A stretch of 64,000 bases of DNA from Marsupella aquatica (Eukaryota; Plantae; Marchantiophyta). The DNA lies in contig OZ316893.1 of NCBI GenBank assembly GCA_973895155.1, positions 21,250,955 to 21,314,954 of the forward strand, written 5' to 3'. The notes below the pieces were generated by a model, which was not told the DNA's origin, made no database searches, and saw only the letters and a program-made list of their open reading frames with translations. The stretch's first letter is position 1. Every line of letters starts with the position of its first letter. The translations under genes were made by a program, and so were the position numbers. Positions 50,101 to 62,679 of this stretch are shown in pieces.

Positions 50101-51292
50101 CCTCAGAACTGTATTCACCGCCGTTATCCGATCGAAGATATTTCACCTTATTACCAGTGTGATTCTCAACTTGGGCTTTCCACTCCTTAAACGTGGCAAA
50201 AACATTAGACTTATTGTGTAGAAAATATATCCACACATACCTTGAGTAATCGTCTATGAACGTGACATAGTATAACCGTCCAGAATATGAGGGAGTAAGG
50301 GCTGGACCCCACACATCACTATGTACATACTCAAGTACCTCCTTGCTGGTGTGAGTTCCAACTCCGAAGGGTTTCCTGTGCTGCTTCCCTAGCACACAGT
50401 GCTCACAAAATTCCAACTTACAAGATTGCAAATTAGAAAGTAATCCTTTCTTCTGAAGAATAACCAAACCTTTTTCACTCATGTGGCCCAAACGGAAGTG
50501 CCACAGCCGGGCCGTCTCCTCATGAGATAAGGTTACATTGGCTTCATTACAAATTACACTGCCCTCCAAAATGTATAGATTGCTATGTCTCTTTCCCTTC
50601 AATACAACTTTGGTACCAGTTGAAACCTGAAGGACACCATTAGCAGAACTCCACTAATGGCCATTTGCTTCTAAAACTCCAAGTGAAATGAGATTTTTCA
50701 TCATGCTGGGAATATGTCTCACATTCCTCACCGTTCTTATAACACCATCAAACATCTAAAATCTAACAGATCCAAGTCCAACAACTTGACATGGGATTCC
50801 ATTTCCCATCAACACTGACCCGTTGGAAACCGTATAAGAACTGAAACAATCTCTCCTAGAGCAAATGTGAAAAGTACATGCACTATCTAGAATTCAGTCA
50901 TCACTACCTGGATTTGACACTACGTTGAGAGCATAACCTTGACATCATAATATGTCATCATCATCGAGTAAATCTACCTCATGCGAGCTCGATGCTGCGT
51001 TAGCAGAGGCAGTAGGGACCTTTACTCGACAATCCCTTTTCATGTGGCCAGGCTTGCCACAATTCCAACATGCAAGAGGCTTCCTCTCTTGCGATTTCCC
51101 TCTGGATTTGGATCTCCCCCATGATGTAGATCTAAACCTGTTCCGTAACAATGAGCCTAAGTTTCACCAGGGTCTGGCATCAGCCCTGGCTTAATACACA
51201 ACAGCACTACCGCTAACATTAGCTAAGTCCTAACCCAAGTTAGACTAACTGTAGTTAGCTCATGAGTCACAAGATTATAGCAATATCTAACA
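47179..51292 (-). mobile_element. Defective Ty1/copia LTR retrotransposon
   Basis: Domain order is zinc knuckle (CWNCGKPGHMKRDC), protease (LDSACTFH), GAG-pre-integrase and integrase (HSDVWGP, YLRSDNGGEY), RT (YKARLVAKGF, YVDDML), RNase H. In-frame stops and frameshifts are present (e.g. TAG at 49790). The 3' LTR is 47179-47522 (TG..CA), preceded by the PPT agggggagtt. Only part of the 5' LTR remains, at 51142-51292. Flanks TGAAA and TGACA form a 5-bp TSD with one mismatch. Confidence 0.95.
47730..51140 (-). pseudogene. Disrupted copia gag-pol reading frame
   Basis: ORF pieces 50945-51151, 49790-50602 and 47834-49729. The RNase H C-terminus continues in a shifted frame (RYHF...NPADAFTK) to TAG near 47730. 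Confidence 0.9.
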
Positions 51293-51860
51293 TGACAGTT
51301 GAATGAAAGTGTTGTCAAGTATAAGTGAGATGGCCAGGCAATTGGACAATTCTGGGAGTCGAGAGTCAGCCTGTCAACTGGATGCCATAGAGCATGCAAG
51401 CTGCAGGGAGAGTGACGGGCTGGGCATGGACAAGATGCATATTAACACAGGTCCATCTCATGGTGAGGGAAAATGTCACCATAATGCAAACGCCAAGGAG
51501 GATTCCAGCCAAGACATTTTGTAAAGTACAGACCATGAGGAAGAAAGAGCAAGATCGCATATTAAAGGTTTAGACAAGCTAAGTGAATTATCTCTAATAT
51601 TTCTTTCTACTAGTCTGATTTCCTGTTCCTTGAATGTAAATAGAGATTAGGTGAAAGAAAAACTTTGCAGAAAAAAGGATTCCCTGGTATTTCATGTTCA
51701 ACTTTACCCACATCCTTTTGTGGTCTGCACCCTCACTTACGATCATGCCCTCAATTAGAGTCATAGTCTAGAGGCGGCTTAGGAAGTGCACCCTCACTTT
51801 CAATTATGAACCCAGTTAGAATTATGGTCTAGAGTCTTCACTCTAGATAGTAGACCTAAT

Positions 51861-52090
51861 GGGCTTTATATTGCTTTCATTAGTTAGATTTCCAAGTATA
51901 TTCATTTTGGCTTTCACCTGGATATAGTTGTCTCTTTTTACTCTCTTGGAATCTCTGACTTTGAGACCTCCACAAAGGGCTTTATATTGCCTTCATTAGT
52001 TAGATTTCCAAGTATATTCATTTTGGCTTTCACCTGGATGTAGTTGTCTCTTTCGAATCTCTTGGAATCTCTGACTGAGACGTCCACAAA
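51861..52090. repeat. 116-bp tandem duplication, with a separate ~61-bp duplication just upstream at 51726-51845
   Basis: gggctttatattgc.ttcattagttagatttccaagtatattcattttggctttcacctgga...tccacaaa occurs at 51861 and 51977. Confidence 0.92.
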
Positions 52091-53784
52091 ATTATATTTT
52101 TGTTTGGGCACTAAAGAAATTTAGGAATCTATTGTCAATCATGCTAACACAAGATAGATAGAGTAGACCAAAGTGCAAGTTTTTATTTAGCTGCGCTAGC
52201 TGTATTCAAATAATGTTATCTTGCAGCTCATACGTGGTACGTGGTATTACTGAAATAATTAGAAGAAGTGAGAGTGATGTAGACGGTCAGTAATGCTTGA
52301 TTTTGTTTGCTGCATTTTTAGTTACATATTATCTGAAATAAAACAAAGTGAAAGGAAGCTTGGAAAATAGTAAGAGAAGCCGTATGAGTCAACGGTATTA
52401 TTGCAAGTCATGAGCAGGGCGGCAAAAATATGGCCCACAGAAAAACTTTTAAAATGTGGCCCACAAGATCGAGGAATAACATGGACCCATGGAAAACGAT
52501 TTGTCCTATCTATAACCATAAAGGCAAGTTGTATACCTCAAGCCTGTTCACTTCGTTTCACAACAAAAAAGCCAACCGCCCGTTGTAAAAAATGAAAACC
52601 AGACCTTTTATGATTTCACTACATTGAGAGAACCAACAATGTGAACAAAAGTAAAAAACAAAGGGACCAACAAAAAGGGGCCAAGACCTGAGAGGTTGGA
52701 CATAAGCTCTTGTTGGCTGGCAATGTCTTGTTCAAGAAATAGTTCCTTTTTTGGAAGAATGAAAATTTTACTGTTGTAAGGCCCTTCAAGTAAGTTTCTC
52801 TTCAATGCCCAAAACTATAAAGTTACTTGGTGTGACAGTCAAACTGTTTGTGGCAAACATTGGCAGCCATCTAAGCATGACTGCAACTATAGGGTTTCTG
52901 TGTACCATGCTGACACCTCACCCACGGCTGGCCCCAGACATACATTTTGAGTCTACTGGCGAGTTGCTAGGCGATCTCACCGTGTCTTTTGTCTTTGAGT
53001 AAATTAGCAGACAAGTGAAGATGCAGCTCATCTGTGTATTGACAAACCAAATCATCCCCTGGACTTGCCCTGTAATAGAGCATCTCAATCCTCAGGCAAT
53101 ACAGCTGCCAGGTTCTGGTCATAAGATCTGACTGTCACGATTCTCATTGGCAGGCTGCCCAGGTCATCTCATTGCTCGCTTCCCTATAAACATGTCCTAT
53201 GGATATGTGTTGAGAACAAAAGGTTAGGGAACACTGATTTTGAAGTCCATAAGGATTTGTCCATAATCACCGGCTACAATTCTTCTGAAGACGTCCCTCG
53301 GTATCGTCGACAACAAGGACAGCTTAGCTCGTTTAACTCCTGTCCTCTCAAAACTTTGTTTCACGAAAAGCTCTAATCAGATGATCCTAAATGATGTGCT
53401 ATATGATCGACTGTGCCCCTTGCGATACAAACTTGGAATGATTGACTTATCTTGCTTCGATTCCAAATCAGTACGACTTAATCAATCACAGCCCGGACAA
53501 AGGTGGAAATGATTTCCTACCGATTAGGATTAATGACCGTGATGGTGCCTCTGTGCAATGTTATCAAAGCTCTACACCTCACAGACTCGCAGAGGATGCA
53601 AATCAACTGGGACAAGCGAATCCTTTATTTTCGTTGATACCCCCATAGTAAGTTTCTCTTCAACTTTCCATGGAAGTTTAACCTCACTGTACTAATTCTC
53701 CAGCCCAATCAGAAAGATGGATTGTTTATCAGGCTAGGCTTTGCGCCACGAGATGAAGGTCTATGGAACGAGAAATCAAAAAGC

Positions 53785-54116
53785 ACAGAAGACAAAGTTC
53801 TGTCAGCTCTCCTCGAAACGTGCCATCCTTAAAAATCACAGAAGGCAAAGTTCGGTTCAGCTCTCCTCGAAATTTGCCATACTCACTTGTTCACTTGTTG
53901 ACGTCTCTAATGGACATGTTCCTTTCATGCGATGCATTCACATTTTCGTGAAAGCGTCAGAGTGAGCTGGTCTGTCTGTTTCTGTCTCTCGTACTTGTCA
54001 CCTTCTTCAAGCAAGCTGGTGAATCGTTTCCAATGACGGAATGGAAAGTGGTCTCCTTTATGAGCAAGCTGGTGCTTCGTTTCTAATGGCTGAATGGAAA
54101 GTGGTCACCTTTATGA
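53785..54116. repeat. Two separate ~53-54-bp tandem duplications
   Basis: cacagaag.caaagttc.g..cagctctcctcgaaa..tgccat occurs twice (53785-53880). agcaagctggtg..tcgtttc.aatg.c.gaatggaaagtggtc.cctttatga occurs twice (54010-54116). Confidence 0.85.
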
Positions 54117-55363
54117 AGCTGCAACCAGACCACCATATACTGCCATTTTCGTTCGACCGGTAAATGAATATTTATTAAAATTCGTGGGGCATTCCTGGTG
54201 CAACACACTTACCAGGATGCCCCACGAACAAAATATTTTGAGTCCTTGTGAAACTTAGAGAGAATTTTGTCACATAAGTTGTACCAATGTTCTCAGCATC
54301 CTGGTGCAACACACTTTTCAGTGTACTAGCCAAGATTACCCCTTCTTTCAACATGAGTAGAGAAGAGCATGAGTAGAGAAGAGTACAATAAAATGTAACA
54401 AAATATATACACTATTCTCATTCTACATGTTAATGGAACGGGTTAAAAAGCAATCATTCATGTGTTATACATGATATAGCATCATGTCTATACATATCTT
54501 CTTTACATGCACATATATTTTGGTGGAGTCCTAGAGTCACGGTCTAGAGTCTTCACTCTAAAAGCCTAGACCCTGACTATAACTTCCCCTTGGCTCTTTA
54601 TAAGTAAGATACATTGTTGGTTTAAAAAATAGTAATAAATATTCAAAATTGGGGTAATATTTTAATGCCCTTAAGACACCTAGAAAGAATTTTGTCACTT
54701 ACATTTAAGAATATTCTAAGCATCCTATATTACTAGATTGATTTCTTATCCTCAAGATTTGCCAAGATTTAAGGATAAACATCAGATTTTAGCTGATGAG
54801 GTCCCTAACTACTCGGGAAACTAGCTAATGGAAGCCAAGAAACCTACGCTGTTCATCGTAATCAGTGTTATGCAAGAATAAGTGCTAGTACAGAATTAGT
54901 AAAAATGTTTTTGAGTCCATTAACACTAATTTTTGTCGGTTTCAAAACAGTTTTTTTTCACTTTAGTTTACATTGCTTGTAAAAATTGGATGATCTTGAG
55001 TCCAAAGTAACACTCATTGTTGTGGATTCTTCAAAATAGTTTTTTTCCTCTCTATTTTTCTACTCTTAAGACCACAGTAACACTAATTCATGCGCAAAAA
55101 TAGTGTTAGCACAAAATTAGTGTGATTAACACTAATTCGTGAGTAGACCCTGAAATGGGCGCTCTCACATTAGTGTTAGTCACACAAATTATCGTGAACA
55201 GTGTAGTGAATTCTAGCCAAAAGTGACCAAGACCTTTCAAAGAGGTGGAATCAGGAGAATCTTCACCACTAAAAAAATGCTATATTGGACTCATTGGAAG
55301 CCTAGATTATTTAATTTTTCAATACATAGGATTGTTTATGAAGCACTAGAGGGGGTAGATCAT

Positions 55364-55708
55364 TGTTAGGATTTACTCTTAGGTCTAGAGTTATGACTGT
55401 ACCGTAGTTAAGGCTAACCTTAGTCGCAGACTTGGTTAGGTTAGTCATGCTGTGCACACTCTATAACCAAGGGGTGTTCGCTTGGAGAGTGGGAACTCAG
55501 GCTCATTGTTACGGAGCTAGTTGAGAGATAGAGAGAGCTTGCGCTATGGATGCTTGGTTTGGCCAGTCGGCCTAAAGTGCAATAAAGCTCATGTGTGTTC
55601 CCGTGGACGTAAGCTCATGTGGAGGTGAACCACATATCTCTCTGTGTCGACTCTTGTGCGTTGGATGGTTCATGGGCTTGTCGTTGCGATTGTCATCTAT
55701 GCTCAACA
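55364..55708 (+). mobile_element. Solo LTR of the same copia family, opposite orientation
   Basis: 345 bp, TGTTAG...CTCAACA, flanked by a perfect ATCAT TSD (55359-55363 and 55709-55713). The 3' ~210 bp closely match the reverse complement of the 47179-47522 LTR. Confidence 0.92.
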
Positions 55709-57300
55709 ATCATAAAGGCAGCCTAGGGTCTAGAGTTTAGACTGTAGAGAAAAGGCCTCGTCACATTGATTGGCTGAACACTTATTTGTTTAACTACCAC
55801 CATTTTCAAAAGCTTATGGACCCAAGTTTCCATAATTAGTTAATCATATTCTTGACAAAATAAAAAGGTGCATAAATGGAGACTATAATTTACCGACCCC
55901 CATGAGAGGTCCCTTGCAAATTCCCTCTACGAGGTTGTGCCACATCAGCACAACCAGCCACAAACAAGAACAGATTTATTTCCAAATTAAAATAAATCCT
56001 TCTTTCGTGTTTGTGGCAAGTTCTGGGTAAATTTAGTGTGCCATGCCGTAAAACATAATGTAATTTTATTTGACAACCATTTTAGTTACCTTTTCTTCTT
56101 ATTAAGTAAAGACATAAGATATATAAGTGATAAATAGCTGAATTTTTGCAACAATTAAAATGGTTGCCAAAATTATGGCAACCGTAACCGACTCTGCATC
56201 TAGAGTTGTGGGCTGAAAGATGGAGAGCATTATCAAACACTCCACACCACACATTGAAGCGTGTTATAATAGGTTGTGGGAGAAACCAAAAGCAACAACA
56301 CAGTGATCGATATTACAGGATTTTGAAGTCCACGAATCTCCAAGAATCCGGAGGTAGGGCATGCACCAGCTATTACTAAGTCCATCAAACCAGCAAAATC
56401 GATCAAATCATGAACAACCTGAGCAATGGAGAGGAACAATCTGGAGTCAATGCTAAGAGAAATTGAGGATTTGAGACAAACTAAAAGGGATTCTAGGACA
56501 AAAAAAGCAACAAACCGGGTAATTGATCAAATCATAAACATAGCATAGAATCGTGGCCCGATCGAGAAACTGGTTGAGAGGGAGAGAAGAGGTGCAGAGC
56601 TCGATCAAGTAGAATTCAATCGGAGCGTCGTGGTCTGGTCAGTGGTCAATCTGGTGTCATTAGCGTATTGAGGCAGCCAGTGGAGAAAAGCAGAGGAGAC
56701 GGAGGTTACATATAATCAGTCTTGATGTAGGCTATGCATTGGAATCCAAGTCAGCTGCTGCTGTTGCGTGGATGGGTGGATTTGTGATGGGATCACTTTT
56801 CTGGGTTGTTCGATTAGAGAGCATCAGAGGTCAAAATGATCAACAAGATTTCTTCTAAGCTGCGAACTAATAGGCAGTAGTCAGGGGTCCACGAACTAAT
56901 TTGTCATCCTGGAGTTTAGGGGAGGGGGAGGTTTAAGAAGATTGGGCATGTGATAGAGGTTGGGAGGTTTCAGAAGCTTCAGCTTTTGTACTGTTTTGTT
57001 CGGGACTGGCTGATTTTTTGCGTAGAGGGGGTTGCATCATTCGCTAGTTTCTGTTTTTGTGATGTTCTTTAGACAGTGAGTGTCTATTACACTTCAAAGA
57101 GATGAGACATTTACTATTATTTGTCATGCCAAGGCTATCGTTTCTCGGGTCGCCAGTCAAATTACTTTCAGTGACCTTCTTGTATGGTTTACCCCAGAAC
57201 TTTACCAGACTTTTAAATTTGTCATTCAAAAAGGTTTTAAGCTTTAGTTTGCTGCTCAGTAGGGTTTTAGGCTTTAGTTTATTGTTGTAGGCAGGAGGAC

Positions 57301-57767
57301 TGTCGTGCGCATACACATCGCTACACAACATACATCGCTTGTCACACATATCCAAACATAGTCATAATCTAACGACACAAACCTAAGAGAATGATCTACA
57401 AATAGAACCCATGTCCATACATGCCCAAAACCCACAATAATCTTCTTCAATAGTGCAAATCGAACAACAATCGGTGCTAATCCAACAACGATCCCATCCG
57501 ACGCGATCACACATGTATGTCAAGCCCAACGCACCTTGTGCTTCAAGGAATCCACGTTACATGCACACAACCTGGTCAGTCACACCATAGCCACCAAGCT
57601 CATGCTCAAAGGCTCAACATTGAAAAATGAGGCCTTTGAGCCAACACAAGGGGATAACTATCCCTCACACCAACTCAAACTAAACACAGTGCTCACATAG
57701 CACACATACAAAACCTCTATACCTAGATAGTACGATATACTTTAGTACCACTCTAAATGGTGTGACA
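57301..57767. mobile_element. Probable solo LTR of an unrelated (gypsy-like) family
   Basis: 467 bp bounded by TGTCGTGC...GTGTGACA, an imperfect terminal inverted repeat whose differences are transitions. It is flanked by a GGAC direct repeat (57297-57300 and 57768-57771) and has no coding capacity. Confidence 0.55.
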
Positions 57768-58254
57768 GGACTCTTGCTGAGACTCATTGGCTTTTTGGCT
57801 CTTGGAGTTCCAGAGATTTTCCCTAGCTTTCCTCCCCTTTACTAGGTCTCCTGCTTTTCAGATAATGTCTCCCAATTGGGTGCTTTCTGTTCTTTGGTAG
57901 TGATATAGATATATACAATTTTAAATATAGTTTTGATTAAAGGTACTGACATCAAATAGCTGACCTCATTTTGTACCCCAAGGTAGGGTAACGATGATGT
58001 GATATATTGGGCAATAGAACTATAGACACACAGGATTTGTTCAAACTTCAGTCAAGTACATGCAACCATTTTTCACCCATATCAAATTCCCTTTTCATTC
58101 ATGATCTTTCAGTCACTGACCTGGTAACATATTACATTGCCTTTTCATCCATGAACTAACAACTATTAAAGACGGATGGACTGAGGGGTTTGTTCTTCCC
58201 ATCCCGTCGACTGTGTAAAATCATCGGCCAATCTCCAGTGGGGAACATAGTGAC

Positions 58255-58406
58255 TTTAAAGATGCTTCACTTTTGCTGAGGACATTTCAAGTAGATTTTT
58301 TAAGCACGCTGACCAACTGTACTGGGCAACATATTCACTTGAAAGATGCTTCACTTTTGCTAAGGACATTTCAAGTAGATTTTCTAAGCACCGTGGCCAA
58401 CTGTAA
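58255..58406. repeat. 84-bp tandem duplication
   Basis: gatgcttcacttttgct.aggacatttcaagtagatttt.taagcac occurs at 58261 and 58345. Confidence 0.9.
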
Positions 58407-58830
58407 CCTGTTGGCTCTTGGCAAACTTTTGCATTTATTTGGGCTGCTTTCAATATTTGTCTAATCTTAAAATTTGCAAACATGTTCTCTAATGTCCAAT
58501 CTATCATCTCACAAAGTTTGAGACTGTTCTTGAATCATTTGTTCCATTTTTAACTAGCATGGAAATGGTTAGATGTTCTGGACTAATTGTCAGAAGACTC
58601 TTCACTTTTGTGAACAATGCTCTGAGTAGTTTTGACATGAGAAACAAATTATCACTTTTGGTAAAACTGCTTCACTAATGTAAACTATCCCCTGATAGTT
58701 TGGGCATGAGGAGCGATTTAGTACTACCGGATGAACTAAATAAAATAGGATTCAAACTGCCAGCAGCCAGTTTACAAGTCAGCTTTGAGTCAAAACTATA
58801 AAAGGTGCCACCAAAGTCTATTTAGATGTT

Positions 58831-58965
58831 TGGCACCAGTCTATCCAAGATGTAAAAATCCATGCAAGCTTCAAAGCAAACCCCTAGGTCCATCTGGCGC
58901 CAGTCTATACAAGCTGTGGAAATCCATGCAAGGTTCAAAGCAAACCCGGAGCTAGGTCCATCCTA
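58831..58965. repeat. ~64-bp tandem duplication
   Basis: tggc.ccagtctat.caag.tgt..aaatccatgcaag.ttcaaagcaaaccc...ctaggtccatc occurs twice. Confidence 0.88.
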
Positions 58966-60365
58966 GTTTTGCTTTTTTTGTTTTTTGTTTTCATCCTAGC
59001 TTTCTTTTCAAAATCCCGTAAGTACATTATGGCTTTATTTACTAAACTAAACGCTTTAGAATATATTAGGCTCTTTTGATTGGACACACAGTCAATTTGC
59101 GATTCGTCGGTGAAGTTCGGTAAAGTACCAAAATGTCTGTGCAGTGCCGACTCTGGAAGTAGGTACTAAATGTAGGTACCTCCTTTTCCTCATCTGTAAG
59201 GACACCGTCCCACACGTGTAAAATATGCTTTCCATACATAATTACATATGGAATAAATCTTACGCTGTACATAAATATGTACATCTAGTGCATAAAGGTG
59301 ACTGTCGGCACACGATTGACACCCTTGCTAGTGTGTATGCATACCATGTAGCGCCACCCTGGCTATGTGCTAGATCCTAATGTACAAGATTCTGACAAAT
59401 GAAAGGAAATTGTCTTGAAGCACGAATTTCACAATTTTCTTAGGGTTTTCATGAATACCAGCTTGAATTCAGCTTTGCTCAGGCCCACAGTTCTCCACCC
59501 ATTGCCTTCCCCACTAGTTGCCCTCACCTATAAACTCTGGGCCACCTCCAGAGTCACCGTCAAGTGGTTCTTTCTAAGCCATACGCTCCAAAATGGAACC
59601 TTCGCTTGCAAGTATTACTTAGATTTATGAGTGAAGGAAGTGAACAAGTAATGAGATCCCAGAACTCACTTTTGTATCCAAGGGTAAGGTATTGAGAATA
59701 ATACACCCACATTTTGCAAATATACATGATGGAAAATACAGAAAAGATGTTCGTTCAGTTTTCTCGTGACCAAAGTATGAGCTGGATCAGGAAATCAGTT
59801 CTAAGTTGTGAAAAAGGAAAATGTTCTTTAGTCACAGACCTACAGTGGTTTTGAAGTTTATACAAGGGGAGACCGGAGGCCCCACTAATCTTATTTGTCA
59901 GTAGAGTTGTTCAAATATATATTCTCAAAAATTCATTTTAATAGGAAACCCCATATTAATACCAGGGTGGAGTTTGAAAGAAGAAATCAAGGATGTAAGT
60001 TCGAACACCGAACTACAGTCTACTCTACAAGTTAGAGTAGAAATTTCATAAAAGAGTGAAACAATTATGGAGTCGCATGTACTTGTGGTGCAGTACAAAA
60101 GAGGCTATGAAGGATGCCCATTTGACACGGAACTACCCTAGTGCTTGGTGCCACTGCACAACAATGCAAGTCACCTCCTTTGTGCGCCACAGTTTTAATG
60201 TTTTTTCAGCTTACTTATTGAATAATTTTGGCCTAATTACCTTTACTGTACAAGGCGAGCACATGAGCTCAATGAGGATGCGAGGAAGTAGATTGAAGCC
60301 ATAGCATCCCATAAACTTCAATTGTGCAAATGCCTTGCACAATGTCATCAAGCAGAACTGTAGTA

Positions 60366-60440
60366 TACTTTACTCTACAACGTAGACTACAGTCGAAACC
60401 AGTGTACTTTACTCTACAACGTAGACTACAGTAGAAACTT
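60366..60440. repeat. 39-bp tandem duplication
   Basis: tactttactctacaacgtagactacagt.gaaac occurs twice. Confidence 0.9.
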
Positions 60441-62679
60441 CAGTAGTACCGTAAAAATTACAGCGGTCACACGCACCTGAGTACCTAATAGGGGTCGACG
60501 GTGGCCAGGAAGCTAAAGTATTGACTGTGGGCCTACTTTGATTCCCCCCCTTTTTCTGTGCTAGCCAGCCCTGGCGCACATGCACACATCCCATCCATCC
60601 ATGGGTCCGTCCATGGCATGGCCTAGCATGGCATGGCATGGTATGATGATATGATGGTAATGTGGCCGTCCAAAACCGTCCAAAAAGGTCGGCCTGACGC
60701 AAATCTTTTGAAACGTCCAAAAACCCGTAAAAACCGACATGATTCTGTACCGTCCCTACCGGCTACTCCGGTAGTACCGGTACTACGGTCCCCAAGCGTT
60801 GTTAGGGAGGGCAGGGGACTGCGTTCGTGCAGAGTGCCGTTGTCCATTGCCAAAGCTGCCTCGACAGTCGCGGCTGGAGTGGCTTTGGGCGGCCACAGGC
60901 CAGGAAGCACTTTTTGTAGACGTGCTGTTCAGCTGTTGTTAACATGCCGTGCCAGTCTGCAAACATCCTTTTCTCACACTACTTCTTTTTCGGCTGCTCA
61001 AGTTACTCGCAATCAAGGTTCATGCTGTGGGGTTCTACATACTAGCCAGGAAGGGACCTCCATGCCCATCCCTCTTAACAAGCATCTAAATATCAAAATT
61101 TTGCCTATGGCTTCACTCTATGAAATCACTTTATGGACTGAGTCATGAAAAGATTGCAGACGGCTTCACTCTATGGAGTATGTCATAAAGATACTTCACA
61201 AACATCTCAATACCAAATTTTTTCTTCATTCTACGAAGTAAGTCCAATTTTTTTTGTTACCACTTGTTTCATTCTATGGAGTAAGTCATGAAGATAGACT
61301 CATAGTAAAGGTATAGATAGATGCATTCTCTTTGCCAGACTGTTCTTTACTCTCTTGGAAGGATAAATATCGGATCGAAATTTCCAAAGGACGAGGACTT
61401 CTTCCAACGCCTTTGATAGAGGTTCCAGGGGAAAAGGCTCTAAACGATGCCCTCGCAAGAGACATTGAGTCTCTCGGTCCTGGAGAGCTCGGGATGGGAC
61501 GCTCACTCTCAGGCGAGGCTGAAGACAGCAGGAGGTGCTGTACAACAAGCTTTAACGTCTTTGGCAATGTGTTCAACGATCTTGCACTCGGGCAAGGGAC
61601 GAATGTTCTTGTTTCTTGGTCCCAACCTTCATCTCTGAACTCAACCAGTAGGTCGACATTGAGTTTTAATCAACCATAAGGGATAATCAGAATTCCAGGC
61701 TCTCAAGTGTTGGCTACGAGAGCTGCTGTATTATTGTTCCATCTACAGGCAAAGCGGCTGCAAGACATCCTTCATGTCCAAAGAAAAGAAACACCCGGAG
61801 AGTCTCTCTGTAGATATACAGCACATTCGCTCGGGGAAAAGAATTACATTCAGCCAAACACTTACAGCCACATTTGTCGTTGCTGACCAGAACAAGTTTG
61901 GAGCCCATAAGATGAAAGCAACGCCAACACCACTGAATGAATGAGTTTTCGCAACTTATAGCCACGGTGACCGCTCCATGGTACCACCGTTCCAGTTGCT
62001 GCTACCGACTCCAATTCCCATCCGAAGAATTTTGAGAGAATGGTGAATGTCATTGCTGGAATGAAATCCTAGGAAAGACTTTGGCATTAAGTTTTCTGAT
62101 TTGGCCAATCTCATAACATCAAATAAAAAATATGCTTGGTGCCATCTCGCACAGAGCTTTCATCCCTATGTATCCTACTTGTATTTCAGACTAAAAATTT
62201 CGGATGTTAAATCGATCTCTGAGCAGCACAAGCCTGCCACTGTATGGTCCGGGTGACATTTCTAATTTTTTTTTGCAAAAATTGTACTGTTACCACGATC
62301 TATTAACCTCTACATTCATTCCCTTACGGAGGCCGAAACCATCGGAGACGGGTGTGCTTGTGATGTCCATATGGTCTATCAATCTCAATTTTCTGGATGA
62401 AATAAATAGCTAACCTCTAAACGTTATTCTGAATCACTCCCAACTCATCAGTCCCATGAATGAGGGGTAACCGGTACATTCCAAAACCGGTCATTAAGTA
62501 AATCTTAAGGATCGTCACTACCACGTTTCAGAATGAGTCGGACTGGCTATACCAAAAGAAAATGGCTACTGAACAATATCCCAGTCAAGTCAGAGATGTA
62601 AACCTGCCTGTGTCTTCCCTGTATTTGGACAGCTTCAACCTGACCTCACTGGTTGAAGAACCTACATCTAGCTAAGCAG

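Noticed and set aside
60771-60786. Perfect 16-bp palindrome gtagtaccggtactac and the 171-aa ORF 60633-61148
   Set aside because: The palindrome is isolated within low-complexity GTAC-rich sequence and the ORF has no recognisable features, so no function can be supported.
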